From Carpediemonas membranifera BICM (Eukaryota > Protista > Fornicata), in contig JAHDYR010000067.1 of NCBI GenBank assembly GCA_019828565.1, positions 106,722 to 170,721 of the forward strand: 64,000 nucleotides of DNA, in the 5' to 3' direction. Below, piece by piece: positions 45,974 through 58,219 of this stretch. The stretch's first letter is position 1; every line of letters starts with the position of its first letter. The position numbers were made by a program, and so were the translations under genes. The notes under the pieces were generated by a model. It worked only from the letters and a program-made list of their open reading frames with translations. It was not told where the DNA came from and did not search any database.

Positions 45974-46584
45974 AGTGCAGGCTAATACCCGTCCTTAAAC
46001 TGTGGGATCAGCCGCTGGGTAAATATACTGAGAAAAAACCATATAGCTGAGTTCACTGTCTTGTGCTGAATACGGTGGCGCCATTTATTTCTCTGAATCG
46101 TCAAGTTTTGTCAGCGTTGACCGCGCAAGACCGGTCGTCCTTACGCGATGTCACCAACACCATCATATTCTTCCCCCTGACATTCTACGTGTCCCCCAGT
46201 CTGGATTCGTGGTCTGCAATATTCACAGAGATATTCGCCTTCTCTTTCGCGAATTTGACTCTGATCAAGTCGAAAAACGAAAAAACGACCATATCTCGAA
46301 ATCTACACGTTGGAATCGGTACCAGAGTGATTTTGCGCATATGTACATCCCGTCAGCAGTCTGCAAAATCACTCTCGTACCGATTCCAACGTGTCGATTT
46401 TGAGATATTGCTCGTTTCATCCTTTTGCCTTAACCTGCGTCGCAAAGAAGTCGAAATCAGTGGTTAGACCGCACTGGACCTCTTGCAGGCTCTCTGCATA
46501 CGCGCTTTAGTATGCAATGAAGGTATTCATTTTCCCGTAAATTGTTTAAATTCAATGAATACTTCATTTTCGGTCCGGAAGAAA

Positions 46585-46658
46585 TAGATAATCTAGGGTT
46601 TTTAGGCCCTAGATTATCTAGAAAAAATCGTAGATTATCTGCCGACTTTCACAGTATG
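46585..46658 (-). repeat. right TIR of giant transposon
   Basis: Ends ...CTTTCACAGTATG followed by AA. Confidence 0.95.
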
Positions 46659-48250
46659 AACGCTCAGCTGACCACTACCACCCGTCCACAGACCTACTGG
46701 TCTGGATCGCGATATATATCAAGTTGTTGGGATCCCTATGTAAGTAAGCGACACCCCTATACTGGCTAACTGCCAAGGCGGTGCAAAATAGAGATGTCGA
46801 ACGACAGCTCAAAGGCTTGTAGACACTCATGTGCTATACAAAACCTACCTGGCCTCTGCGCCTACTCAGAGCATGCAAGATGCTCCGTTGTTCGACACAG
46901 CTCACTGGCCGTCTCCACCGAGGATTAACCTCCTGGTGAGACCGATTGGATGAACTACGAACGTAGTTTCGACGAGTTATAAATGTACATGTAACGTTAA
47001 AGCGCACCGGTGCTGACTGAACATGGGTAACCTACCTTCCGGTACAGGTTGGGTGTTAGGCTGAGTACGCTTGACTCAGGATACTATGAAGTGCTTCTTG
47101 CACTAGTAGATGACTGTCGGCACAGCTTATGTCACAAGCCTGGCTGACATTGCGAAGGCTTGACTGCTGTGACGGCTATTCGGCACTAGAACTGTCCGCT
47201 TCGAGATGAGCGACGACTCATTGGCCACTCGATCGTGTGTCGCATCACTACATGATGCTGTCAATTGACGGTAGCTGGACATTGCTCAGGCGGCTGGGGA
47301 TGTCTCTCGTACTTGCGGGTGGACTCACTCGCTCGGCCGAGGCGGATGGTTAAACATCGGGTGTGTACTGCTTGGGCTAACCCTTGCTCGCGGGCACGGC
47401 TCCTACGTAGCATAAGTATACGCGGTTGATTAGGTCATCCGCTGATGACTGTCGACCTAGGCTGGCTGTCTAGTGTCCGGGACATGGGTAGCAGAGTGCT
47501 CGGGAGACAGACCTGTCTCAGGGGCATACGGAAACTCTGCAACGTTTGCTTAGTGTAAACGACGATACAATCCACGATAAGTGGAGACTCTAGGAAGTGG
47601 GTGAACCACGGGTTGAGATGCATCGACACTACCCTCCATCTGGCTGAGTCTCTAGTTGCTGGCTGACCTGACGGGTCGCAAGTATTGTGCTAAACGCGCT
47701 TGGTTCGTCTCTCGCTGGCGCGAATGAGAGTCATTACGACCTCTCTCGAGTGTCCTGTGACACCGAGTAACATGCAAGGTTGATTGAAGAGGCTGTAGGG
47801 CACTGTCACCCCGACTGGGTGGTGCCTGAAGATCCCACAGATGTGAAAGGAAGGTTAAGTTCGTGAGGCAAGGCGCTGCCAAGCTCTTAGTTCCACTGCT
47901 AGTCAGCAGGCGTCGAAGGTGTATCCGCCCTCCTGTGGCGGAGACTTATGGGTAACCGGTGCGAACACGCACCGTGGGTGGACTTTTAGTCCTGGTATTG
48001 GCCTCGTATGTCAGTACGAGAGGGCTTATCTGGCTTAGTGTTGATACTGCGGACGTCTTCGAGGGTGACTGCTGGGTCTACCGCTCGTCAAGAAGGTTAT
48101 CAGCCTCCTCCATAGCTCTGTCTCCTAGTAGAGATATCATGTGGCGACGTGACGACATGAGTTAGATACGATATGAGTACTCTGCAGCATGACATGACGG
48201 ATGATCTCCGGGTCTGCCCGAAGGTACCATTGATGACTAAGTGTTAGGGT

Positions 48251-48372
48251 TGTTGTGGGTCCTACCCAAAGTTACACAGATTTACGTTATATTTAATAGT
48301 CAAGGAGTTTCTCCTCGACACCCTTGTGTCGAGTCTTCTCCTCAGTAAAAGTTCAACACCCATTGAACCACA
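48251..48372 (+). repeat. 5' LTR of chromovirus
   Basis: TGTTG...CCACA identical to 54074-54195. Confidence 0.96.
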
Positions 48373-48393
48373 GTACTAGTACTACCAAAACAT

Positions 48394-51300
48394 ATGGGTA
48401 CGGAAACTTACAGAAGCCTGAAGAAGAATCCGCCTCTCCTGAAGAAGTCCTCCATGGACGCTCTTTTGGACTTTGCGGATAACCTCCACGATCATCGCGC
48501 CTTAGGCGGCCGCGATGATGTTATTGACCTCATCGAGCCTAGCATAGCAGAGCTAGCAGGCCTTAACGACGACGAAGAGGTTGAAGACACTCCTCTCCTG
48601 CTCTCCGCGAAGCTCCGTAAGAAACGTCGTGTCGCAGCCCAAGATGAACGAGTCCTCAAGCGCCTCGGTGCTGCCCTTCGACCTTCTCGCCTGAGCATGC
48701 GTCTACAGCTCTTCCGAGTCCCCGCCAAGTCCTTCGAGCCTGATGAGGTTGCTCGAGTGAACCGCCGATTCAATCTGCTCTTGAAGCTCGTTCAACCCGA
48801 AGATCCCGAGGACGTCTTGAAGGAGACGTACAGCCGCTGCTTCAAGTTCCCCAACAACAGTCGCATCATGTATCGAGTCAGAGAATCAACGGAGCGCAAG
48901 GATCTCAAGGACGCAATGGCTGATGTCCTCGTCATGTCACGCGACCTCAAGGAGTCCAAGGAGATGATCGCTTCCTTCGGCGCTGCGGGGGTCTCCGACT
49001 CACAGCGTACCAACACCACGCCCTCCCATACACGGCACACGGGGAGCGGTCCGAAGAACCCTCATCGACGCGAGCCTGACCGCACGAACGTAGCCCCCTC
49101 AAAAGGCAAGCCGATCGACAAGCCAAGCACGAGAAGAAGCCATTCGTGTGCTTCAACTGCGGTAAGGTCGGTCACTCCGCTCGCCGATGCCCTGCTCCGA
49201 AGACAACCTGTTCCAAGTGCCAGAAGCCGGGCCACCGAGCTGAATTCTGCCGTTCTGAGGTAAATTCAGCTCGTTGTGTGTTTTCTCTCGGTTCCCGTCA
49301 GAGTGTCCTCCCCTCCGTCAAGGCTAGCATTCTTAAGCAAGTCGTGTCCGTCCTGTTCGACTCGGGCGCTGACTGCGCAACCATTGACCCCAAGCTCTGC
49401 CACGGCAAGGCAGTGAAGTGGATCTCACACGAGAAGACACTTATCGAGACAGTGGGCGGCGTCAGAGAGGCCGATGGTCAGGTATCCTTCCGCCTCGTCT
49501 TAGCGCCCTCGCCATTCACTCCGCGCGGATGCTCTATCACTATTAAGGCCTACGTCCTGTCGACCGCTTTCGATGTATGCCTGGGTTACCCTCAGATGGT
49601 GGAGATCGGCCTTCTCCCTTCGTTGTCTGAGCCTACCAGCGAGCTCGCAGCCAGCGACGAACCACCTACATTCGAGAAGTACGTCGCGCAAGCCAGAGCC
49701 ATGTCCTCTTCCTTTTCTCAGAGGCAGGCCGACATCCTCAAGCGTTACGCCCGGACATTCGTGGACCGTACCGAGCCAAGCCGGCTCGAACCGTATGATT
49801 TGGTCCTCAAGGGCGACAGAGTCGTACACATTCGGCCGTACTATGTTCCCCCGCCGAAAGTCCCGATCATTCAAGAGCACATTAATACGCTCCTGGCAAA
49901 GCGCTACATCGAGGCATGCCAGTCTCAATACGCGAGCCCTACCATCATAGTTCCAAAGAAGGGGGGAAAGACGCGTTTTGTCGTCGACTTCCGCGAGATC
50001 AATCAACTAACGGAACCATTCGACTACCCCATCCCTCGCATAGACGAAGTTCTCACTCAACTGTCCGGAAAGTCTGTGTTCGCTACCCTAGACTTGTCAG
50101 CAGGATACCATCAGATCCCTCTTACTGAACGGTGCCGTCACCTAACCGCCTTCCGTACTGTTTTTGGTCAATACCAATATACACGGATGCCCTTCGGCTT
50201 ACGTAACGCCGGAGCGTACTTCCAGAGGGCGATGGAAGACGGGTTCAAGGGTCTGGTGGGCTCCGCCTGTGTCATATACATTGATGACATCATCGTCATG
50301 GGTGCGGATGAGGACGAGTACCTGGGAAACCTCGAAAAAGTCATGCAACGCGTTGACAAGCTTAACCTTCAGCTCGGCCGAGATAAGTGCCAGTTCGGTC
50401 GGCAAGAGGTCGAGTTCCTCGGGTGGATCATATCCCAAGGCAGCGTGAAGATCTCACCCCAGCGGACCGAAGATATCGCGAACCTCAAGCTGTCTTCATC
50501 CACGAAGGGCATGCAGGGTCTCAACGGATTCCTCAACTATTTCCGCGATTACATACCCAACTTCGCGGTCCGAGCTAAGCCTCTGCTAGACGCCATGTCC
50601 GGTCGGCAGACCCCCTCGAGACGTTCTTCAGAAGTCGCTGGACGATCTGAAACAAGCTTTATGTTCGGCCGACGCTCTAGCCATGTTCGACGCGACTAAG
50701 CCTCACACTGTCATGACTGACGCATCCGATGTCGGGTACGGAGCAGTCTTACTCCAAGAGGGCCGACCAGTTTGCTATATGTCGCGTGCGTTCAACGACG
50801 TCCAGTCACGCTGGTGTACCGGTGAGAAAGAAGCCTACGCTATCGTGGCAGCGTTACAACGATGGCGCAAGTTCCTGTGCTGGGAGAGCTTTACTATTCT
50901 CACGGATCACCGGAACCTACTCTATATGTACCGGTCCACCAACGCCAAGGTCCGCCGGTGGGCTGATTCGATCGCCGATTTAGATTTCACCCTACAGCAC
51001 ATCGCCGGTCTGGACAACGGTGGAGCCGACGGTCTCTCGAGAGTATTCTCCATGCAACAGGCGTCGAGGGATCAGGTATCCCGCGCTCATCTCACAGCAG
51101 GAGCTCATCTGTCTCGCCGGATGACAACCGAGCAACTTAGGGCCGACGGTTTGTCTGTCTCCCGTCAAGTCGTAGACGACGTGATTACCGCGTGTCCAGA
51201 GTGCCAAGTCTTGGCCCGCCCTCCTGTTGATACGCCCGACGGCCTGCATACAGCTGTAGACCTCCCGTTCCGGCGTGTGGCCATTGACACCATGGGTCCG

Positions 51301-52330
51301 CTACCGACGGTCAACGGCCTGTCCTACGTGACAGTAATGATCGACATGTGCTCCCGCTGGACAGAGCTAGTCCCGGTCAACAGCACCTCAGCCAAAGACG
51401 CAGCCAACGCATTGGTCAACACCTGGATTCTACGATACGGATGCCCCGAAGTCGTCCAATCGGATGGGGGCTCAGAGTTCAAAAACGCTCTGTTCAAACG
51501 CCTCTCCGAAGAGATGGGGTTCGACGTCCACATAACGACAGCATACCATCCCCAGAGCAACGGTGTCGTCGAACGCGCGAACAAGGAGGTCGAACGCATC
51601 CTCAGAGCCAGGAAGCTGGAGTTAAGGAATAACGATTGGGTAGCACACCTACCAGTCGCCCAATTCTTGGTCAACTCAATGCCCAGGATCCCGACCCGGT
51701 TGACTCCGGCCGAGATCATGTTTGGCGCCAATTTATCAATACCGTCATCGATCTATATCACGGATGCCGCCTCGGCTGGTCCGCCACAGTCGAAGCTAGC
51801 CGCAGCCGATGCCGCCATCCAACTCGCCAAAGCAAGGATTAGAGCCATGCGCGAAGACGCTCTCGCAAAGGCAACCTCATCGAGAAGCGAGATATTGAGC
51901 CGTTTCGTGCTGGTCAAATACTACCCAAGACCACCGAGCAAGCTAGCCCCGGGCTGGCGCGGCCCCATGAGGCGTGTCGCAGCCGTCAAACGTGATGGTG
52001 TTGTCGTCGCATATGAGGTCCAAGACCTCAGTCAGTCAGCGGACGGTCCAACTATCAAGGTAGACGCGGCACGTGTGCGAAGATTTGACCCAGGCAAGCT
52101 CTCGGAGCAACAGATCTATGACCTCGCAGCCGCTTCCGTCGATGAGTGGCATGTCGAGCGCATCTCACGCTCTAGAGGCTCGGGCCCCAAGTCAAGGCGC
52201 GAGTACCTCGTACACTGGGTCGGATTCGAGGGATTCAGAGGCTTCATTCGAACCTTATTCGCACGTCAAAGATTTGGAAGCCCTCGATACATATTTGAAG
52301 TCTGACCAAGCCAAGCGTGACGGTCTGTAA
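48394..52330 (+). CDS. Gag-Pol polyprotein (three single-base frameshifts near 49124, 50613, 52231)
   Basis: CCHC knuckles CFNCGKVGHSARRC, protease FDSGA, RT LDLSAGYHQI / MPFGL / YIDD, RNase H TDAS, integrase H..H..C..C, D..D..E, GWRGP, chromodomain EYLVHWVGF..SFEP. Confidence 0.93.
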
Positions 52331-52372
52331 AACTTCTCAACATCGAAGCTATATCCTCGAGGAACAAACGAT

Positions 52373-53266
52373 TTATTCAGAGCTAGATTCCTCGTCTTCC
52401 GTCTCCTCCGTGTCCGTCAGCTCGACCAACCAAGTCGGGTCAGCGTGGCGCTCAAGGGCGTTCTCAGCCAAGTACTCTCGCACACACCGGACAAGGCAGA
52501 GATCAGCGTTGAGGGACACGATGCTGAGTCCCGAGTATCCGTCATACTGCAGGATCAACACAAAAGACCCGGGACCACAAGTCGTCTTCAGATACTCGTG
52601 ACGGACTACGCACGTGACAGTGTAGTAGCGGTCCGGATCAGAGACCTGAAGCGGCTCCCAGTGAGCCTCATCGGCAATGGCGGGCAGGTAGCCGTCGTGG
52701 CACAAGCGGCTGACCAGGGTTGCCCAGAAGTCGTTGGGAGCCGGGATGCGCCTGCTGATGCCGTAGACAGCGACACGGAAGTAGTCCGGTGCGAGGACGA
52801 GGACCAACAGGCGGTTAAGATATCCGCGCGCTGTAGTGTCCGACTTGACCCCGCCGGCAGTCCGCACAGCCGCCACGAGAGCTGCAGAGTAGTGACCATT
52901 ACCGGGTGAAGACCCACCCAGCGTGATGTCGCGGCCCCGGATCGCGGCCGACACGATGTCGCCATCGGTCAAGCGCTTCCTGCCGAGCTTGAGGTGGGCC
53001 CTCACACCGGCAAGCGCGACCTGGCAGTGAGCCACGAGAGCCAAGACCTGCTGGGTCAGCTTCACGTCCTGCACTACGGCTGCGTCGTTCAGACGACCTT
53101 GCTCAATAGCGTCAAAGATTCGCTGGAGCGGCAGCTCGATGGAGTTGGTGTAACCTTCCAGGCGTCGGGCAACCTCGGCCTTGATGTCGTGGGGCATCAG
53201 AGTCGTCATCGTCAGGGTGCGAGTGATGCGTTCTGAGGCTTGCACGCGGTGACTATATAACCTCAC
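52373..53266 (-). CDS. extra antisense ORF of the chromovirus, unknown function
   Basis: Intact 297-codon frame between pol and 3' LTR, not overlapping pol. Confidence 0.65.
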   Translation of the reverse strand: MRLYSHRVQASERITRTLTMTTLMPHDIKAEVARRLEGYTNSIELPLQRIFDAIEQGRLNDAAVVQDVKLTQQVLALVAHCQVALAGVRAHLKLGRKRLTDGDIVSAAIRGRDITLGGSSPGNGHYSAALVAAVRTAGGVKSDTTARGYLNRLLVLVLAPDYFRVAVYGISRRIPAPNDFWATLVSRLCHDGYLPAIADEAHWEPLQVSDPDRYYTVTCVVRHEYLKTTCGPGSFVLILQYDGYSGLSIVSLNADLCLVRCVREYLAENALERHADPTWLVELTDTEETEDEESSSE

Positions 53267-54063
53267 GGTTGATGTTTGTTACTTACAGATTGTCGGTGAC
53301 CATGCGCTTGCGTCCACGATACTTCTGAGCGCGAAGGGAACGACAAACGGACGTATGGGCAACAATAAGTGGCCTAGCCAGATCGTCATCACCAAGTTCG
53401 GTGATTTTTGGCACGAATTTCCTTCAGAACGGCCTCTACGGCTGTGTTGTCCGACATCAAATGAGTTGACGGCGACATATCCTGCACATTTCTCGGAAAC
53501 GGTCGAAGGAACAACTAACAAGGTCATCTTAGTCTTCAAGCATGCATTTATTGTCGGTAATAAGGCATTAGGAGCTTCCTAGTGCTCCTTCCGGTCAGTT
53601 TGATGTTGTTATTCAAGTACAGTTGGACGCAGAAAATTAGAAGCCTCAGAACTCCTCAACGGAGCCGAATTGGAGCTTCTAAGTACGTTTTTCGGCGTCT
53701 GTGTGATTATGAGCGATAAGGGCTCAGCATTGGCAGTGTTTGCTAGAGCAATCGTTCTTGGCCTTCGAATTACATGGAATGGCATATAACACGTATAAGG
53801 TTTGTGAAGACGGCCTAGGAAGGCCGTGGAGGGGCAGTGGTAAGCCTTTCCGTCACGTTTCACCATTTTTGAAACAGAGCTCACATAGCGGTACCGCAGT
53901 TAGATCATGATACCATCATTTTGATTTCGTTCAGCTAGATGCGAAAGCACTCAGGCCATGGGGTTGCCAGCCCTATGAGTCACCGTTGGCGGTCGGGTGG
54001 CACCGTCCAGGCCTTTGGTGAAATGCTGACGTCAAGTCTCTCTGTCATGCCTATACCAGGCAT

Positions 54064-54073
54064 GGAGGGGCAG
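54064..54073 (+). other. polypurine tract of chromovirus
   Basis: GGAGGGGCAG abutting 3' LTR. Confidence 0.88.
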
Positions 54074-54195
54074 TGTTGTGGGTCCTACCCAAAGTTACAC
54101 AGATTTACGTTATATTTAATAGTCAAGGAGTTTCTCCTCGACACCCTTGTGTCGAGTCTTCTCCTCAGTAAAAGTTCAACACCCATTGAACCACA
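54074..54195 (+). repeat. 3' LTR of chromovirus
   Basis: Identical to 5' LTR. Confidence 0.96.
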
Positions 54196-55888
54196 GGGTG
54201 CCAGAGGCTGCTCGCCTCTATTGGCCTGAAGGTGTTGTACTGAGAGGATGGGCGCATCGCTGGAGGACGGGCCGACATGTGTTCGAGCTGCAACATGCTC
54301 GCGATACCCGTGAGTTGCTCGTCACGGGATGAGGTGATAATACGACCATACTAGACTGGTCGTGGTTTCGGTACAAGTCTCACAGAGGAAGGGACCCGTG
54401 AAACTACTATCTAAACTCGTTGAAGAGCTGCTATGCGCGGTAACGCTGCCCCTCCGCGGCTCTGAAGTACTTTGTGTTGTCGCCGCGTTGTTGTCTGATG
54501 ACTGTTGGTCTCGTGTCTACTAAATTGACTTCAAGCAAGGATGCCGGTCATGATAAGTGGAAGCTAAGTAATTACCTTACCTGAGTTTGGCGGGTAGCAC
54601 AGCTAGCCTTGACAAAAGTGCGAGCCATTGTTGCTCAAATGGAGATGCTCGCGCCATGGGGTGAACGATGGCAAGCGCGATACAGTTGACAGCAGATGGG
54701 GTGTCTGCCCAGGCTGTCGCGTACTGAGGATGTGGATGAGCAGCGGTCGAGCTTATCGTTGCTCTATGACGCTGGTTGCCCCTGACAGGGAATTGCGGAG
54801 ACGGTGGCGTGCTAGCTCTATTGGTTCATGCCGTGTTGCTGTACGTGGAAGGGACCTGCAAGCTGGCGAGTTCGCACATGTTCGGGGATAACTGGAGAGC
54901 AAACCTTGAAGCTGCTCAATACGGGTGCTGTTTCAGCACTGTGTGGATAGAAGGATATAACTGGCCGTCTAGGACCCACTGCTAGCAGTTACGTGCTCCA
55001 CATGCTCTGCTGAGCATTTGTTAGGAAGGTATACATGGCCTCATGTAGACATATAAATAGTGTGGATCGCTCCCACGACTGTAGGAACCGAGCTTGGTGT
55101 CCCCAGATGGGTCGTTACCTCTTTCGGTTTTTCATCGTCGATGATGGTAGTTGCCTGTCTGGCTTGGGCCATTGGCCCTGTGCCACGCTTGCTCATGGTC
55201 TGCTGGATGACCCGAATGATGTATGACTTGCTCTGGGCGCATGTGGCCAAGCTGCTACTTGCTACTCTCTAGGTAGCTCTGGATGATGGTTGGGGACGAT
55301 GATTCTGGAGGTCTACGTTGGTCAAAGTCGTGCGTGGGTCTGTCAGTGAGTCTACTGGGGTCACTGCCCCTTCTTGGCTTCTTCTCGCACTGTCTCGGGG
55401 TGTTCGATTTGGCTGGACGTGGAAGTGGCTGGCTCCTCGGCGTGGTTTTGGTTTGTTTTGCCTTTTGGCGGCTTTGGTGGTGCTTATTCCTGGTGCTATC
55501 TGCACTGTATCGGCTTGTGCTTGGCCTGGCCACTGGTCTCGTTGCTGGTCTCGGTCGATTGTCCTGAAGGAGCTTGATTGGCGCTCCAGAGCTGGTATTG
55601 CGGTGCTGTATCGTTTGTTGGAGCTTATTGAAGCTTGGTTACTGGTATTGGCCTGTTGTTTGCTTGTATGCTATAGTGCATTGGTGGAAGTTGATGGTCT
55701 TGTTGAACTAAACGCTCTAGACTTGTTGTTGCTTGCGAATTTCAGTTGAACTGTCGACACCGCGGAGACATTTGCATTGCGCTAACGGAAGAAATTGGTT
55801 CTGGTGAAAATGTCAATTGATGTTGCTTATATTGATTCTCCTGCGCCAGGACCGTTGAGCTCATCTCCTCCGGAAGAAATGATATCAT

Positions 55889-55998
55889 TGTGGTCAGTCC
55901 TGGACACAAGGGAACCAATAAAGACTTTAGAGAGAATACTGCCATATCCTGCACCAAATGTGCAGGATAATACCTGTTGTGACCTGAGTCACACCACA
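55889..55998 (-). repeat. 5' LTR of outer element
   Basis: Identical to 22397-22506. Confidence 0.92.
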
Positions 55999-56471
55999 AC
56001 GGGAACCCCGAGCTCCGCGATGATGACGGGAACCCCGAGCTCCGCGATGATGACGGGAACCCCGAGCTCCGCCGTGATGACGGGAACCCCGAGCTCCGCG
56101 ATGATGATGGCAACCCCGAGCTCCGCGATGATGACGGGAACCCCGAGCTCCGCCATGCCGCTGTGAACGGTTTCCACAGGCCTCAAGATGAGGTGGATCT
56201 CCGTCGCATGCCAGAACAACGCGTTCCCGAGCAGAATATGGAAGAAAATATGGCAGAAAACGGCATGCAACACGAGGATGACAGCTATGTGACCTGGAGA
56301 GACTTCCGTGCTTTCCAGGATGAGGTTCGTGGCCAATTTGCTGAGGTTCATGGCCAATTTGCTGAGGTTCATGGCCAATTTGCTGAGGTTCGTGGCGACA
56401 TTCGCCAGCTCAACGCCACAATCGAAGAGCTGCCTGGCAGGATTCTCGCCATGATCCACAATCGGGATTAA
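55999..56471 (+). pseudogene. 3' half of RDDDGNPE-repeat gene, with FAEVHGQ heptad repeats
   Basis: 24-bp repeats continue to ~56153, frame runs to stop at 56471; 21-bp repeats near 56321-56394. Confidence 0.75.
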
Positions 56472-57574
56472 TCATAAGAGTAAACTTCTGTACATAGTCG
56501 TTGTCTTTGCAAGCACGAGTTCTGTGGCACATCCGTGCATTTTGTGATTTTCCATTAATCACGTAAATTACTGGCTTATGCCGACAGCCCTGCCGGGAGG
56601 AGCTCCAGCGAGTTGAACAGTCCCAGCTTGGCGCACCTCTTGTCATACACCAACAGGGTAGCGGACATGAGGGCATCAGCCATGGTAAGGGCGATCATGC
56701 GGGCAGGTGTGGGTTCGTGAGAACAAAGCTTTACAAAGAATAGAGCTCGACACCCATGTGTCGAGCTGGACGACTCAAGACTATTAAATAATCTATTGAT
56801 GAACCAACACTTCCCTCCCATGCTCCGGTAGAGCATCAAAAAACTCAACACTATTATGAAGGGTGTGCTAGGTGCTTGGTCCGGGTGAATTGCCCAGATA
56901 CAAGCTCCAGTAACCGTCGCTTCCATGGGGACTCGCCATGGAGCCGGAGTTGGCAATGGACTAAGCCCTATTGCCTGAACCGTTGTGAGCTCGGGACTTT
57001 CGAGTTCACCGGATACCCGTTGACCAAACTGGCTATAGAAACCCTGAGTCTTATGCCCGGCGTGATGTCAAGTCACGTTTCTGAGATATGCTTACCTCAC
57101 TACCAAATCTAAATTACCTAATATTATCTGATCAAATCTTGCGTGGTACCACTGTATTAGCGCGCTATGTTATGGGTATCCTTACCTGGGGTCCTGCCCC
57201 TCTTGAAAGTCTTTGAAACATACCCGACGATTCTGAAAGGGTCAAATGGCGCACTTTTAGGTGCCATCGATGTCCCCATGTCAATTCTTACCAGAGGTTG
57301 GTTACATTCCGCCTAATCTTACACGGCGTTCAAAAAACGGGTTAAGAGGCTCCAATTCCTTCTCGTTCGCGAGATATGGCACTTTTTCGTTTTGCACCGC
57401 CGGAAACACTTTTTGGATCCCGAAAACGCGGCTATATTGAATAACAACATCAGTTCCACCATGTAAACAACTCTATGTTCCACTTCTGAACAGCATTGTT
57501 GCGTAACCATTGCGTTTCATCGATTTCGCATTTTTTGCTTTCTGGAAAGTCGACTTTCTAGACGATCACAGCTC

Positions 57575-58219
57575 ATGGGGGATTTCGACGCCGCTGTGGA
57601 AACTATTCTAAATCGTCTTACGACTAACACTTCGAGAATGCAATTTTGCCGTCTCCTCCGTCGCCATATCTCTGAAACTGGTTCCTACCTCGAGCTGTTC
57701 ACCCCTTACCAGCCGCGACGTGCTCCTAGGCGCCAAAACGTCCCTAATGTCCCAGAGGAACTTGCTGGCGCCGTAACCAGTTCTGCATCTGACAGCGAGA
57801 GCGTTAACGCCGTCGACCTACGCTACCTTCCGGCTTCTCCTGACCCAACCGACAATGAGTCTGACTCCGAGTCGGACGACACCCCGCCATCCCTCTCTGG
57901 CTACGTGGAACTCGTCACCCGGCAGGCAGTCAGCTACTACTGGAACTCTCCCCGGACTGAGTTACTGCTGCTCACCGACAACCGGCTGCACTCTTACACC
58001 CGCGCTTCCGCTGCAGTGCACTCGCATGACGCCGGCGCTGATCTCTGCCGTGACGCTATCGTACTCCAGGCGATGTCGGCTTACCTCTCCATACGTCGCG
58101 ATTCGACTGATGCTGCCATCGTTTCAGCCTACCTCACTGCTGTTCGAGACAACATACTGTCCAGGGTTCAGGAATTTCCCTTATTGGGTAGGGGAATTTC
58201 CTCGGGGGAAAGCCCCTAG
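57575..58219 (+). pseudogene. hypothetical gene truncated by insertion of the second giant transposon at 58153
   Basis: Last ~22 codons read through the CATACTGT terminus. Confidence 0.5.

Larger units (their letters stand above)
23921..46658. mobile_element. giant (22,738 bp) cargo-carrying DNA transposon, CMC/Transib-RAG1-like transposase
   Basis: 74-bp TIRs (72/74 identical), AA on both flanks, DDE-type transposase at 42988-45510. Confidence 0.88.
48251..54195 (+). mobile_element. Ty3/gypsy chromovirus LTR retrotransposon, young insertion
   Basis: Identical 122-bp LTRs, GGGT TSD (48247-48250, 54196-54199), gag-PR-RT-RH-IN-chromodomain order. Confidence 0.96.
22397..55998 (-). mobile_element. 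decayed Ty3/gypsy-type LTR retroelement (own length ~4.9 kb) hosting two nested elements; total span 33.6 kb
   Basis: Identical 110-bp TGTGG...CCACA LTRs; PPT GGAGGGGCAG abutting 3' LTR; RT relics (TTPSGQ*RRAASG, ISYLTHVV in place of YxDD) across the 54196/48250 junction. Confidence 0.85.

Noticed and set aside
23921-46658. Polinton/Maverick or endogenous virus
   Set aside because: Size and TIRs fit, but no protein-primed PolB, packaging ATPase, capsid or retroviral-type integrase was recognised, and there is no 6-bp TSD
48373-48390. Tf1-type self-priming PBS
   Set aside because: No extended complement of the PBS found within the LTR of either element
49100-49150. Programmed gag-pol ribosomal frameshift
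   Set aside because: The break lies before the Gag zinc knuckle, there is no clear slippery heptamer, and two similar one-base breaks occur within pol
54446-54455. Third GGAGGGGCAG copy in the outer element interior
   Set aside because: Lies in decayed pol with no positional counterpart noticed in the intact element; may be chance
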